This document shows, piece by piece, positions 1-9,963 of a stretch of 64,000 nt of DNA. The DNA is from Flexistipes sinusarabici DSM 4947. Lineage in GTDB: Bacteria > Chrysiogenota > Deferribacteres > Deferribacterales > Flexistipitaceae. Position numbers and translations under genes: made by a program. The stretch lies in the NCBI RefSeq assembly GCF_000218625.1, contig NC_015672.1:1647451-1711450 (forward strand), written 5' to 3'. Numbering within the stretch: position 1 is the stretch's first letter; each line of letters begins with the position of its first letter. The notes below the pieces were generated by a model. The model was not told the DNA's origin. It ran no database searches and worked only from the letters and a program-made list of their open reading frames with translations.

Positions 1-420
1 TTTACCCTCTTCAACAGCCAGAATAATCTTATCAAATCTCATCGGGATAAAATCAAAATCCTCCCCGAAAAAATACTTAAATATCATATAAGCGGTGGTA
101 TTTTCTCCGGGAATGGCTATCTTGCCACCCTTAAGTTCATCAACAGTAAAAATGCCTGATGAAACGACAACCGGACCACAGTTGTATCCAAGTGCCCCGC
201 CGGATTTTAATATGTTGTATTTATTCTTGACTTTTGGAACAACGCCGTATGACACCTTTACAACATCCAAAATCCCTTTGACCGCAAACCCGTTAAGCTT
301 TTCAACATCGTCCAGAACCACCCTGAAAGTGAAAGGAGACGTATCCACAAAATTATGAATAATGGGCATAAAAATAAAAGTGTCATTTGGACATGTGGAA
401 ATCCCCAGTCTAAGTTCCAT
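1..420 (-). CDS. Partial (runs off window) MqnA/MqnD-family protein of the futalosine menaquinone pathway (1,4-dihydroxy-6-naphthoate synthase-like)
   Basis: Own translation of the minus strand from ATG at 420-418 gives MELRLGISTCPNDTFIFMPIIHNFVDTSPF...GGALGYNCGPVVVS. The GIS(T/P)CPNDTF motif is characteristic of the MqnA/MqnD periplasmic-binding-fold family. The ORF track misses it because it lacks a stop inside the window. Confidence 0.5.
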   Translation of the reverse strand, partial: MELRLGISTCPNDTFIFMPIIHNFVDTSPFTFRVVLDDVEKLNGFAVKGILDVVKVSYGVVPKVKNKYNILKSGGALGYNCGPVVVSSGIFTVDELKGGKIAIPGENTTAYMIFKYFFGEDFDFIPMRFDKIILAVEEGK

Positions 421-459
421 GAACAGCCTCCTGTAAAACCCAAGCCGAAAGCGGGATTT

Positions 460-2031
460 TTACTGCGTCGGAAACGGAACTTTCCCCAGCAGATATTTCA
501 AATCGTTGTCTGTAAATCTTATCCCCCCGCCGACAAAAAAGGAGCTGGTCTCTTCATTTAGAAAATCATCGTAACCGGCATCAACAAAAAAGTTCTTACC
601 CAGTCTGTATCGCAGCTTTGTTTTCAAATGAGGATCTCTTACCGAATCACTGTTAAAATCATATGCATCCAAATACAGTGTAAAATTATCATCAAAAAAC
701 GAATAATCGGCTCCTATACCGAACTCGGATTCCATAAGACCAAGCCTGAGAAAAAGGTTTTCATAAAACATCTGATGGGCATATTGTGCTATAAATGTCA
801 GTGAGTTCTCTTCTCTGGCAACCTCTGTTTCCGTGTAATCATGACCCACATCATTAGGCGGGTTGTCAAAGGTATGGGAAGTAACGGTGGTTGTGGTGGT
901 GCCCTGCTCACTTGAGGCAAGCCCGAGAAGATAGTATTTTTCCTCATTTGGATCTATTCTAAGTTTAAAATAACCCTTTGTCTCTCCGGTATCAACCATC
1001 TTTTCCCCTGCAAACTCGAGATTGAGCTGAAATTTATCATATTGTGTCACCATATTTTTCAATCCTCTGATTGTTTCTTTTACATCTTCAGCTGTTTCAT
1101 TATCATTTACCAGGGCACCAAACGTACCGGTTCCTTCGTTTATCTTGCTTGTGATTTCATTTACATTGTCCACTGTTTTCTCAAGCCTTGAAGTAACATA
1201 ACGTATACTGTTAATAGTCTCTTTCAGATCCTGTTTTGAGCTGCTCATAACATCATCCACATCACCTGTGATATTATTAAGCCGATCAGCTATACGGTTA
1301 ACTTTTTCTGCAATAACAGGTGTCTGTGTTCTCAACTCAGCCGAAAAGACCTCAAGGTTTTTTATAAGATTGTTAATACTCTTTTCATTCGATACAGCCA
1401 TTTTCTCCATCGTATTTGCCAGTTTCTCAACACTTTTGACGATATTGTTTACCCTTTGCTGATTACTCTGTATCATTTCCCTCATCATTTCTGTAGTGGC
1501 TCTGACATTCTCCAGAGTAGCTTTCATGCTGTTTTTACCTTCTGTTGTTGCAATTACTTCCTTTAGAGCCGAAGTAATTGCTTTCACATCACCGGCAATA
1601 TCTCCCAGCTGTGATGTCAGTTCATCAATATCTGTGCCGGATTTATAGCCCTTTAAAACTTCTCCATCCGCCAGATAGCCTTTTGACGGTTCTTTAGTTG
1701 TCTGAAGTTCAATATATTTTTCTCCCAAAAAGCCGGTTGATCTGACTGCCAGCTGCACATTATCAGGGATTTTGTATTTAGATTCTATACGCAGCTTAAC
1801 ATTAACTTTTCCGTTACTAAGCATGATATCTTCCACCTTTCCGACAGTTACCCCGCGGAACTTCACAGAAGCATCTTTTGTGACACCGGAAGCAGTGGGA
1901 ATTTGATAAGTTACGATATAACCCGATGATTTGTAAAAAGAAAATTCACTCACTTTGGTAGTCATATATCCCAGCATGACAAAAACAGCGATTACAAAAA
2001 CCCCCACCTTCGCTTCCAGACCAAACTTCAT
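460..2031 (-). CDS. MCE/MlaD-family protein with long coiled-coil and C-terminal extension
   Basis: N-terminal TM helix plus MCE domain (VKFRGVTVGKVEDIML). Sits downstream of the MlaF/MlaE genes in the same operon. Confidence 0.7.
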   Translation of the reverse strand: MKFGLEAKVGVFVIAVFVMLGYMTTKVSEFSFYKSSGYIVTYQIPTASGVTKDASVKFRGVTVGKVEDIMLSNGKVNVKLRIESKYKIPDNVQLAVRSTGFLGEKYIELQTTKEPSKGYLADGEVLKGYKSGTDIDELTSQLGDIAGDVKAITSALKEVIATTEGKNSMKATLENVRATTEMMREMIQSNQQRVNNIVKSVEKLANTMEKMAVSNEKSINNLIKNLEVFSAELRTQTPVIAEKVNRIADRLNNITGDVDDVMSSSKQDLKETINSIRYVTSRLEKTVDNVNEITSKINEGTGTFGALVNDNETAEDVKETIRGLKNMVTQYDKFQLNLEFAGEKMVDTGETKGYFKLRIDPNEEKYYLLGLASSEQGTTTTTVTSHTFDNPPNDVGHDYTETEVAREENSLTFIAQYAHQMFYENLFLRLGLMESEFGIGADYSFFDDNFTLYLDAYDFNSDSVRDPHLKTKLRYRLGKNFFVDAGYDDFLNEETSSFFVGGGIRFTDNDLKYLLGKVPFPTQ

Positions 2032-2047
2032 ACAACCCCTCCCGAAG

Positions 2048-2821
2048 TTAATTCACCTTTATAGGACCTTCCATGGACCCTGACAAAAACTGTTTGACAT
2101 AAGAATCGTCAGTTTTCCTGAAGTTATCTATAGTGTCGTTAATTATCGTTTTACCATTATAAATCATCGAAACATAATCGCCAATCTTATTGGTGCTGTC
2201 AATATCGTGGGAAATAACCACAGAGGTCACGTCTAATTCCTTCTGGGTTTCGTAAATAAGATTGTCCACCATATCTCTCATAATAGGATCAAGGCCGGTA
2301 GTTGGCTCATCATATAAAATAATCTGAGGTTCCAGAGCTATAGCTCTTGCAAGACCGACACGTTTGCGCATACCTCCTGAAAGCTCAGACGGCATTTTAT
2401 TTTCCACATTAACAAGTCCCACAAGCCGCAGCTTTTCCATTACAATATTTTTTATCTCATCTTCTTTAAATTTGGTGTGCTCTCTAAGAGGAAAAGCTAC
2501 ATTTTCATAAACGCTCATGGAGTCAAAAAGAGCGGCACTCTGAAAAAGCATGCCGAATTTCTTCCTCACCTTCAAAAGCTGTTTTTTGTCCATTTCAACC
2601 AGATTTTCACCGTCCACAAAAATATTACCCTTATCAGGCATAATAAGCCCCATCATCTGTTTTAACAGAACACTTTTCCCCGTTCCGGATGGCCCCAGAA
2701 TCACGGAAATTTTATTCCTCGGAATAAGAAGATTTATTCCTTCATGCACCTTCTGAGAACCGAAACTCTTATATATGCCGGACATTTCTATTACAATATC
2801 GCTGTCTTTAATACCCATCAA
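2048..2821 (-). CDS. mlaF: ABC transporter ATP-binding protein (MlaF-like)
   Basis: Walker A GPSGTGKS and ABC signature LSGGMRKRVGLARA. Adjacent to the permease and MCE genes. Confidence 0.85.
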   Translation of the reverse strand: MMGIKDSDIVIEMSGIYKSFGSQKVHEGINLLIPRNKISVILGPSGTGKSVLLKQMMGLIMPDKGNIFVDGENLVEMDKKQLLKVRKKFGMLFQSAALFDSMSVYENVAFPLREHTKFKEDEIKNIVMEKLRLVGLVNVENKMPSELSGGMRKRVGLARAIALEPQIILYDEPTTGLDPIMRDMVDNLIYETQKELDVTSVVISHDIDSTNKIGDYVSMIYNGKTIINDTIDNFRKTDDSYVKQFLSGSMEGPIKVN

Positions 2822-2830
2822 TACTCCCGA

Positions 2831-3601
2831 TTAAAACATAAAAGCGGTCAAAATATAGTCAAAAACAAGAATTAAAACGCATGAAAGAACAACAGATTCT
2901 GTCGTAGCCCGCCCTACTCCCTGAGCTCCTCCATGGGTGTAGAAACCTTTGTAGCATCCAACAAGGGTGAGGAGCAGTCCGAAAACCACTGCCTTGATTA
3001 TGCCGTTGTACAAGTCTTCAGCTCCAACATATTTATACATATTTTCCAGGTATAATGTTTTGTTAATCCCAAGAATATTAACACCTACAAAATAGCCGCC
3101 GACTGTACCGCAAAATACTGCTATGATATTCAAAAGAGGCATAACAATCAAGCCTGCAAGAATCCTCGGAACAATAAGATATTGAACGGGCTCCACAGCA
3201 AGTGAATTCAGAGCATCAATCTGCTCACTCACGCGCATAGTTCCTATTTCAGCAGTAATTGCAGAACCGGCTCTTGCCGCAACCATAATAGCACTTAAAA
3301 CCGGTCCCAGCTCCCTTGCCATTCCCAATCCGACTATTGTGCCAACCATGTATTCGGCACCAAACTTATGAAACCCTATATAGCTTTGAAATGCAAAAAC
3401 CATACCGGTAAAAGTTCCCGTAAGAACAATAACTGAGAGAGAGTTCACTCCGATAAATTCAACCTGCTTTAAAAGCTGCCTGAACCTGAAAGGGGGTATA
3501 AAAACCCACTTAAATGCATCTATAAGTAATAAAACCATCCTTCCCGCACCAAAGGATAAATTCAAAAAAGGCTTGCCGATAAAACTGAAAAAGCTGTTCA
3601 T
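2831..3601 (-). CDS. mlaE: ABC transporter permease (MlaE-like)
   Basis: Polytopic membrane protein of about 256 aa. Sits in the conserved operon position. Confidence 0.8.
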   Translation of the reverse strand: MNSFFSFIGKPFLNLSFGAGRMVLLLIDAFKWVFIPPFRFRQLLKQVEFIGVNSLSVIVLTGTFTGMVFAFQSYIGFHKFGAEYMVGTIVGLGMARELGPVLSAIMVAARAGSAITAEIGTMRVSEQIDALNSLAVEPVQYLIVPRILAGLIVMPLLNIIAVFCGTVGGYFVGVNILGINKTLYLENMYKYVGAEDLYNGIIKAVVFGLLLTLVGCYKGFYTHGGAQGVGRATTESVVLSCVLILVFDYILTAFMF

Positions 3602-3623
3602 TTAACCACCGACTTTTGATCAA

Positions 3624-4721
3624 TTAATCTGAATTATAAACTCTCGGAATCCTTTCCGAAATAGCACACAGCATTTCATAAGAGATACTGCCGGCCCACT
3701 CAGCCCACATTTCGGCTGTAACATGCTCGCCCATAAGCTCAACATCGGAAGAATAACTGCTTTCAGGCAATTCCGTTATATCCACCATCATTATATCCAT
3801 GCAGATATTACCAATGACAGGACAACGGTAGCCGTCAATATATACATGCCCTCTATTGGAAAAACATCTGAAATAGCCGTCCGCATAACCTACGGGAATA
3901 ACCCCGATTGTCATATCTCGCAGTGCATAGAAGGTTCTGTTATAACTTACGGATTCTCCCTTTTTTATACACTTGATTTGAACTATCTTCGAATAAATCC
4001 TCATGACAGGTTTTAAATCCACTTCATAATCCGCATATACATAACCGTAAGTCATTATCCCCGGTCTGGTATATGTGTATTTGTTACGGAAATTTACCAC
4101 AGCTGACGAATTAAAAACACTTGTGGGATAATCAAGACGGTTTTTGTGCATAAAATCGTCAAACCTTTTCATCTGCAGATTGGTATACTCAAAATCCGTA
4201 TCGGAACTGGACAGGTGTGTCATAAACATGCTTATTTCAAAACGGTCATATTTTTCCATAAATCCACAAATATCAAAATTATCAGTGTTAAATCCCAATC
4301 TGTTCATGCCTGTTTCCAGTTTTATAACAACATTTGCATTTGTGTCTTTTTCTTGGAGGAATTTGTGATAAGTCTCGGCTATATAATAATCGAAAACAGT
4401 CAGTATAATATTATTTTCATAAACTTCCGGGTAAAAATTTTTATCGATATAACCCATTACGGTGATATTGACATCATTTCCCAAAACTTCCCTGAGTTTG
4501 ACTGCCTCACTTATAGTCGCGACACCAAAATTTTTTATCCCGTTTTTTTTCATTATATACTCAGCCAGCCTGTCAGCTCCATGTCCATAACCGTTAGCCT
4601 TGACTATTGCCATCACCTCACCCCGGCCGGAAAGATGTTGGGCTATACTGATATTATGAGAATAGCTCGGCAGATCAATAACGGCATAAGTAGGTCTTAA
4701 TGTTTTTATTCTAGTCAGCAT
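3624..4721 (-). CDS. alr: Alanine racemase
   Basis: PLP-binding motif AIVKANGYGHG near the N-terminus and a length of 365 aa. Confidence 0.85.
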   Translation of the reverse strand: MLTRIKTLRPTYAVIDLPSYSHNISIAQHLSGRGEVMAIVKANGYGHGADRLAEYIMKKNGIKNFGVATISEAVKLREVLGNDVNITVMGYIDKNFYPEVYENNIILTVFDYYIAETYHKFLQEKDTNANVVIKLETGMNRLGFNTDNFDICGFMEKYDRFEISMFMTHLSSSDTDFEYTNLQMKRFDDFMHKNRLDYPTSVFNSSAVVNFRNKYTYTRPGIMTYGYVYADYEVDLKPVMRIYSKIVQIKCIKKGESVSYNRTFYALRDMTIGVIPVGYADGYFRCFSNRGHVYIDGYRCPVIGNICMDIMMVDITELPESSYSSDVELMGEHVTAEMWAEWAGSISYEMLCAISERIPRVYNSD

Positions 4722-5823
4722 CTGTTATCCCGGCTGTGAATAATAAATAGGATTTGATAAAATCATCTATATCTCCGTCCAAAACTGCATCAACATTGCC
4801 TGTTTCATGTCTTGTTCTGAGGTCTTTCACCATTTTATAAGGGTGCATAACGTAAGAGCGAATCTGATTACCCCAGCCCATCTCTGTTTTGGAGTCCTCC
4901 AGTTCCTGCCGTTCCTCATTTTTCTTTTCAAGCTCACGCTCATATAACCTTGCTTTAAGAATCTTCATAGCATGGGCTTTATTTTTATGCTGACTCCTTT
5001 CATTCTGACAGCTTACCACTATCCCGGTCGGCTCGTGCGTAATTCTCACAGCTGAATCAGTGGTATTAACATGCTGTCCTCCCGCACCACTGGCTCTGTA
5101 TGTGTCAATTCTCAAATCGGATTCATTTAAATCTACTTCAATATCATCATCAATCTCCGGAAGCACAAAAACGGATGCAAAGGAAGTGTGCCTTTTGTTA
5201 TTCGAATCAAAAGGAGATTGCCTCACAAGTCTGTGAATTCCGTTTTCGCCTTTGAGATAACCGTAACTGTAGTCACCTATGACATTAAACGTGACAGACT
5301 TTATACCCGCCTCATCTCCGGGAAGATAGTCCAGAAGCTCCTGTTTGTAATTTTTTCTCTCTATCCACCTGCTGTACATCCTGTACAACATTGCAGCCCA
5401 GTCATTTGCTTCTGTACCCCCGGCACCGGAATGTATTGTAACAATTGCATTGTTGGAATCGTTTTCATCGTTTAAAATCAAAGTCAATTCAAACTCATCA
5501 ACAAGATTTTCCAGATTATGAACACTGGTCTCAATATCCTGCTTAACCTCTTCTGACCCTTCTTCAAAAAGCTCCATGTAAACATCTATATTTTCAAGTG
5601 TTTCCAAAAGTTCATCATAACGGTTTAAAAACTTTTTAAGTTTAGACTGCTCTTTCAGCAGATACTTTGACTCTCTTTTGGACCAGAAATCAGGCTCTTC
5701 CACTGACCTTCTTTCAATTTCTTTTATTCTCTTCTTTTTATCATCAGCTTTTACGGCCTCTGAAAAGGATTCAATACGTTTTTTAAGTTCATCAACTTTA
5801 CTCTGAACTTCATCTATGAACAT
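4711..5823 (-). CDS. prfB: Peptide chain release factor 2
   Basis: GGQ motif (RASGAGGQHVNTT) and the RF2-specific SPF motif (RQSPFDS). Contiguous 370-aa ORF. Confidence 0.9.
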   Translation of the reverse strand: MFIDEVQSKVDELKKRIESFSEAVKADDKKKRIKEIERRSVEEPDFWSKRESKYLLKEQSKLKKFLNRYDELLETLENIDVYMELFEEGSEEVKQDIETSVHNLENLVDEFELTLILNDENDSNNAIVTIHSGAGGTEANDWAAMLYRMYSRWIERKNYKQELLDYLPGDEAGIKSVTFNVIGDYSYGYLKGENGIHRLVRQSPFDSNNKRHTSFASVFVLPEIDDDIEVDLNESDLRIDTYRASGAGGQHVNTTDSAVRITHEPTGIVVSCQNERSQHKNKAHAMKILKARLYERELEKKNEERQELEDSKTEMGWGNQIRSYVMHPYKMVKDLRTRHETGNVDAVLDGDIDDFIKSYLLFTAGITDAD

Positions 5824-5869
5824 ATTTTTCTACCTACCCCGCTTGCTCTTTGAAAATAATATTTTATCT

Positions 5870-6334
5870 TTATTTAGAAGTTTCGTCAAATTTTCTCATC
5901 ATGGCAATTTCATCACAATCCGGGAACATGGGGCACTTAAGACAATCAGACCAAATTTTTTTAGGCAGCAGATCTTTGCTTATTTCATCAAACCCGAGTT
6001 TTTTGAAAAACTCAGGCTTATAAGTAAGAGCAAAAATATTGGTAATTCCGAATTCAAGAGCCCTGTTTAAACAGTATTCCACCAACGCTTTGCCTACGCC
6101 TTTTTTATGTGACCGGCTGTCAACTGCCAAAGATCTGATTTCGGCCAGATCCTCCCACGCCGGGTGTAGTGCACAACAGCCGATTATTCCCTCACCTTCT
6201 TCCCATACAGCAAATTCAAATATCTTTTCATAAATCTCGTTAAGGCTGAGCTGAAGCATTTCACCCTGCCTGGCGTATGAATTAACCAGTTTCTGAATGG
6301 CTTTGGCATCACCCATGTTCGCAAGTCTGATCAT
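5870..6334 (-). CDS. GNAT family N-acetyltransferase
   Basis: Acetyl-CoA binding motif (RSHKKGVGKALVEYCL) and a length of 154 aa. Confidence 0.7.
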   Translation of the reverse strand: MIRLANMGDAKAIQKLVNSYARQGEMLQLSLNEIYEKIFEFAVWEEGEGIIGCCALHPAWEDLAEIRSLAVDSRSHKKGVGKALVEYCLNRALEFGITNIFALTYKPEFFKKLGFDEISKDLLPKKIWSDCLKCPMFPDCDEIAMMRKFDETSK

Positions 6335-6723
6335 TTTAATCTTTGAACAACCTTAGTGTAAAATTCCACCGCTTTATCTCTGGCCGGCAAGAGATTATAT
6401 CCTTTACGTGCTGTGATTGTCAGTCTGGAAGAGTTTTTGGTAAGGGATTTCACATCAAGAGTGTATTTTATTTCATTAACCTCCGCTTTTACTTTACCTT
6501 CTGAAATACTCGCAAACATAACGCTGCCGTTCCTGCTGTTAACCTCGTTAATGAATGCATCAACAATTTCTGAAACCTTTGCATCCACATTATCCGATAC
6601 CGAGTCCGTAGCCAGACTGTAAGTCACACCTGCACCTGCAGCACCTGCTACAATAACGGGAGCAACACACCCACTGATATAAACACTGCAGCAAATCACA
6701 AGAACCAGCAAATATTTTTTCAT
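6331..6723 (-). CDS. Small lipoprotein, function unknown
   Basis: Signal peptide plus lipobox MKKYLLVLVICCSVYISGC. Start placed at the internal Met. Confidence 0.5.
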   Translation of the reverse strand: MKKYLLVLVICCSVYISGCVAPVIVAGAAGAGVTYSLATDSVSDNVDAKVSEIVDAFINEVNSRNGSVMFASISEGKVKAEVNEIKYTLDVKSLTKNSSRLTITARKGYNLLPARDKAVEFYTKVVQRLK

Positions 6724-6924
6724 ACAATCCTCCGTTACTCTTTCAAACAATATAATTTTGTATTTTTTTAATATATTATTATTATTAGAAAAAAACTACT
6801 CAAAATTTTCAGAAAATATACTAATGAATTAATAATAAATCTTCAACCATTTATTTTTCTGGCATCACCCCAAAAATCATATAAAAGTATTGTTTTACAC
6901 ATACTTAGCTAACATGACACTGAT

Positions 6925-7115
6925 TTCAATGTAATTTGCACAAATGAAGCAGCCGATGTCTGAGAAACGTACTGCCGGTTAGCGGTCACACCCTGCGTTG
7001 GAAAGTAAAGTGGATAAATATTTGCAAATAAAAACAATTATGAGGGGAGGGTGTAGACGGTTAGCGGCAGTAGTTTCGAGTTTCGGCTGCGAAATGCGTG
7101 CAAATTACATTGAAA
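6925..7115. ncRNA. Candidate structured ncRNA: about 190-nt long imperfect hairpin with internal bubbles (6S-RNA-like architecture)
   Basis: 6926-6943 (tcaatgtaatttgcac) is perfectly complementary to 7098-7115. Further paired blocks follow inwards (gcagccga, aaac, actgccg), separated by bubbles. Intergenic location. Confidence 0.25.
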
Positions 7116-7321
7116 AATATTTGCACTACTAGCATCGGTCGAAAACCGATAAATTTGTGTACACAATAAAAAATGGGGTGACGTCAGATTTATTTTTGGC
7201 GGCCTCCCAAATTTTTTGTATTTATATGTACTTGATACGTAATGCAAGAATGTTCAACGTTCAAAATTCAGCGTGACTTAGCACTTAACACTTAGCACAA
7301 ATTCCCTATCTCACCATCTCA

Positions 7322-8161
7322 CTACAAATTAGCTCTTATTATCAACACCCCCACTATAATTACAATTGATCCGGCCAGCCTTTTATATGAAAATTTCTCT
7401 TTAAGAAACAAGACGCCGAGAAGTACACCAAACAGAGCATTAACCTGCCTCAGTGTTGTTGCATACGAGACCTGAACAAAAATAAGTCCCAGTCTGTAAA
7501 CAAAAAATGACATAAAAAGAATAATACTCCCGGCAAGCAGATATCTAATATTAGCTTTAAAATGTTCCAGATGATTGGTAAAACGCCTTGCAGAATACAT
7601 ATACATAAAAAATGTCATAAAAAAAGTTAATGAATAAACGTACAGTATAAAATTACTTACATCCACCCCAACCTTGTCCACTATTGCTCCCACAGAATAA
7701 AAAAACGCCGATATAAAAGCAAAAACTATTCCTTTGTCCAATTTTATATCCGATGTTTTTGAACTGTTAATAACCAATACACCTCCCAGTGTTATTACGA
7801 TTCCCAATAAGCCTAATAGAGTAATCTTTTCATGAAGAAATATAGCTGCCCACAATGCAACCCATATCGGCGAGGAGGTTGTTACCGGATAAACCATGGA
7901 AGCATCTGCGTACCTATAGCTTGTTGATAAAAAAAGATGATATCCTGTAAAAAAAAGTGCTGCACAAAAAGCAAGAACCACGGCCCGTAAATCAAAAAAC
8001 ATGTATTCTCTGAAAAAAACGACATAAGCAAACGTCATTATACAGAAGTTTAAAAAATGCATCTGGTAGTTAAAAAGATACTTGTTATTTGATTTTTTAA
8101 GTATGATATTCCAGAGAGAATGCATAAGCGCACTAGAGATTATTAAAAGAAAACCGGTCAT
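7322..8161 (-). CDS. EamA/DMT-family transporter (10 TM)
   Basis: Polytopic hydrophobic 279-aa protein with the duplicated EamA-like topology. Confidence 0.65.
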   Translation of the reverse strand: MTGFLLIISSALMHSLWNIILKKSNNKYLFNYQMHFLNFCIMTFAYVVFFREYMFFDLRAVVLAFCAALFFTGYHLFLSTSYRYADASMVYPVTTSSPIWVALWAAIFLHEKITLLGLLGIVITLGGVLVINSSKTSDIKLDKGIVFAFISAFFYSVGAIVDKVGVDVSNFILYVYSLTFFMTFFMYMYSARRFTNHLEHFKANIRYLLAGSIILFMSFFVYRLGLIFVQVSYATTLRQVNALFGVLLGVLFLKEKFSYKRLAGSIVIIVGVLIIRANL

Positions 8162-8446
8162 AGATAAACTTGATACATATATTCCCCGTGTAAATCAAGT
8201 TTAATTATCAAATAATTTTTTAGTGAATAAAAAAGAAGATTTTTCCCTAACTTACAGAACACAAACATAGCAATCAATTTAAATCATAATCATAACAGAG
8301 ACTTAAAAGAATACAAAATTTCCGGGCTGAGTCAATTGTAAATATTTTGTATATTGTATACAACAAATTTATTGACATTTCCTATAAACACTGATAAAAA
8401 TAAACAGTGGTTTATATTCGGGCAACAATAATAAAAGGAGGTATAT

Positions 8447-9754
8447 ATGTCAACATTGAAAGATGTACTCGCCAAAAAAATTGACGAGCACAGACCCAGA
8501 ACAGTAAAGCTGCTGAAAGAGCACGGTGATGTTAAAATCAGCGACGTTACAATTTCTCAGGCTATAGGCGGGATGCGAGGCGTTAAGTCTCTTGTAACTG
8601 ATATTTCATACCTTGATCCTTATGAAGGTATCAGATTCAGAGGTTACACTATCCCTGAAGTTATGGAAAAACTCCCAAAGCCTGAAGGAAAAGACTATCC
8701 CTATGTGGAAGGTTTCTTTTATCTTCTTTTAACAGGCGATATCCCTACTAAAGAACAGGCTGAAGAAGTAGTGGAAGAGTTCAGAAAAAGATCACAAATT
8801 CCACAGTACGTTATAGACATACTCAGAACAATGCCCAGGGATTCGCACCCCATGACAATGTTTTCCTCTGCTATTCTTGCAATGCAGAGAGAATCGGTAT
8901 TTGCCAGGAATTACAAAGAAGGTAAATTTAACAAATTCACATGTTGGGAAGATATGTATGAAGATGCAATGAACCTGATGGCAAAACTTCCCCATATCGG
9001 TGCTTACATCTACAGGATGAAATATAAAGGTGACACACCTATCGAACCTGATTTCAGCCTTGATTTGGGCGGTAACTTTGCTCATATGATGGGAATAGAG
9101 CCTCCTTATGACGAGGTTGCCAGAATGTATTTCATTCTTCACTCAGATCACGAAAGCGGAAACGTATCTGCTCATACGACACATCTTGTGGCATCTGCAC
9201 TTTCCGATGCCTATTATTCACTTTCAGCAGGTATTGACGGGCTTGCAGGCCCCCTACACGGACTGGCAAACCAGGAAGTTCTCGGATGGATTCAGAATTT
9301 TATGGATCAATTGGGCGGCGAAGTTCCTACAAAAGAACAGCTTCAGAAGGCAGTATGGGATACACTGAACAGCGGTCAGGTAATCCCCGGATATGGACAT
9401 GCTGTGCTCCGTAAGACCGACCCAAGATATACATCCCAAAGAGAATATTGTCAGAAGCATCTGCCTGATTATCCGCTTTTTAAACTTGTTAGTATGCTTT
9501 ATGATGTTGTACCGGATATTCTCAGAGAGCAGGGCAAAGCTAAAAACCCATGGCCGAACGTTGATGCTCACTCCGGTGTTATTCAGTGGTACTACGGTCT
9601 GGTTGAATATGATTTTTATACAGTTCTTTTCGGTATCGGAAGAGCTCTTGGTGTTCTTGCAAACATCACCTGGGACAGAGCACTCGGATATCCGATTGAA
9701 AGACCTAAATCGGTTACAACCGATATGCTGGAAGAGGCTGCAGGCATTAAGTAA
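8447..9754 (+). CDS. gltA: Citrate synthase
   Basis: Signature GYGHAVLRKTDPRY. Length 435 aa. Confidence 0.9.
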   Translation: MSTLKDVLAKKIDEHRPRTVKLLKEHGDVKISDVTISQAIGGMRGVKSLVTDISYLDPYEGIRFRGYTIPEVMEKLPKPEGKDYPYVEGFFYLLLTGDIPTKEQAEEVVEEFRKRSQIPQYVIDILRTMPRDSHPMTMFSSAILAMQRESVFARNYKEGKFNKFTCWEDMYEDAMNLMAKLPHIGAYIYRMKYKGDTPIEPDFSLDLGGNFAHMMGIEPPYDEVARMYFILHSDHESGNVSAHTTHLVASALSDAYYSLSAGIDGLAGPLHGLANQEVLGWIQNFMDQLGGEVPTKEQLQKAVWDTLNSGQVIPGYGHAVLRKTDPRYTSQREYCQKHLPDYPLFKLVSMLYDVVPDILREQGKAKNPWPNVDAHSGVIQWYYGLVEYDFYTVLFGIGRALGVLANITWDRALGYPIERPKSVTTDMLEEAAGIK

Positions 9755-9766
9755 ATCAAAGAAAAC

Positions 9767-9799
9767 CGTTAATATAAAAGGAGCCCGAAATGGGCTCCT
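9767..9799 (+). terminator. Rho-independent terminator after citrate synthase
   Basis: aaaggagccc-gaaa-tgggctcc followed by a T8 run. Confidence 0.7.
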
Positions 9800-9963
9800 T
9801 TTTTTTATAACAAATATATTAAAAACAACCTGGCATATTTTCTGCTTTTCCTTCGCAAAACAATCCACTTCTACGGAGGAATAACCAAAAAAGTGTATCC
9901 CCTATGTATTTTAAATATTTTTCTCGGAAACCGGTGTGACCCCCTGCGACCTATAAAACTCTA

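Noticed and set aside
95-561. Three short ORFs from the track at the window start (95-358+, 258-443-, 355-561+)
   Set aside because: The minus strand from ATG 420 to the window edge translates into a coherent MqnA/MqnD-like protein. The listed ORFs are overlapping out-of-frame artefacts.
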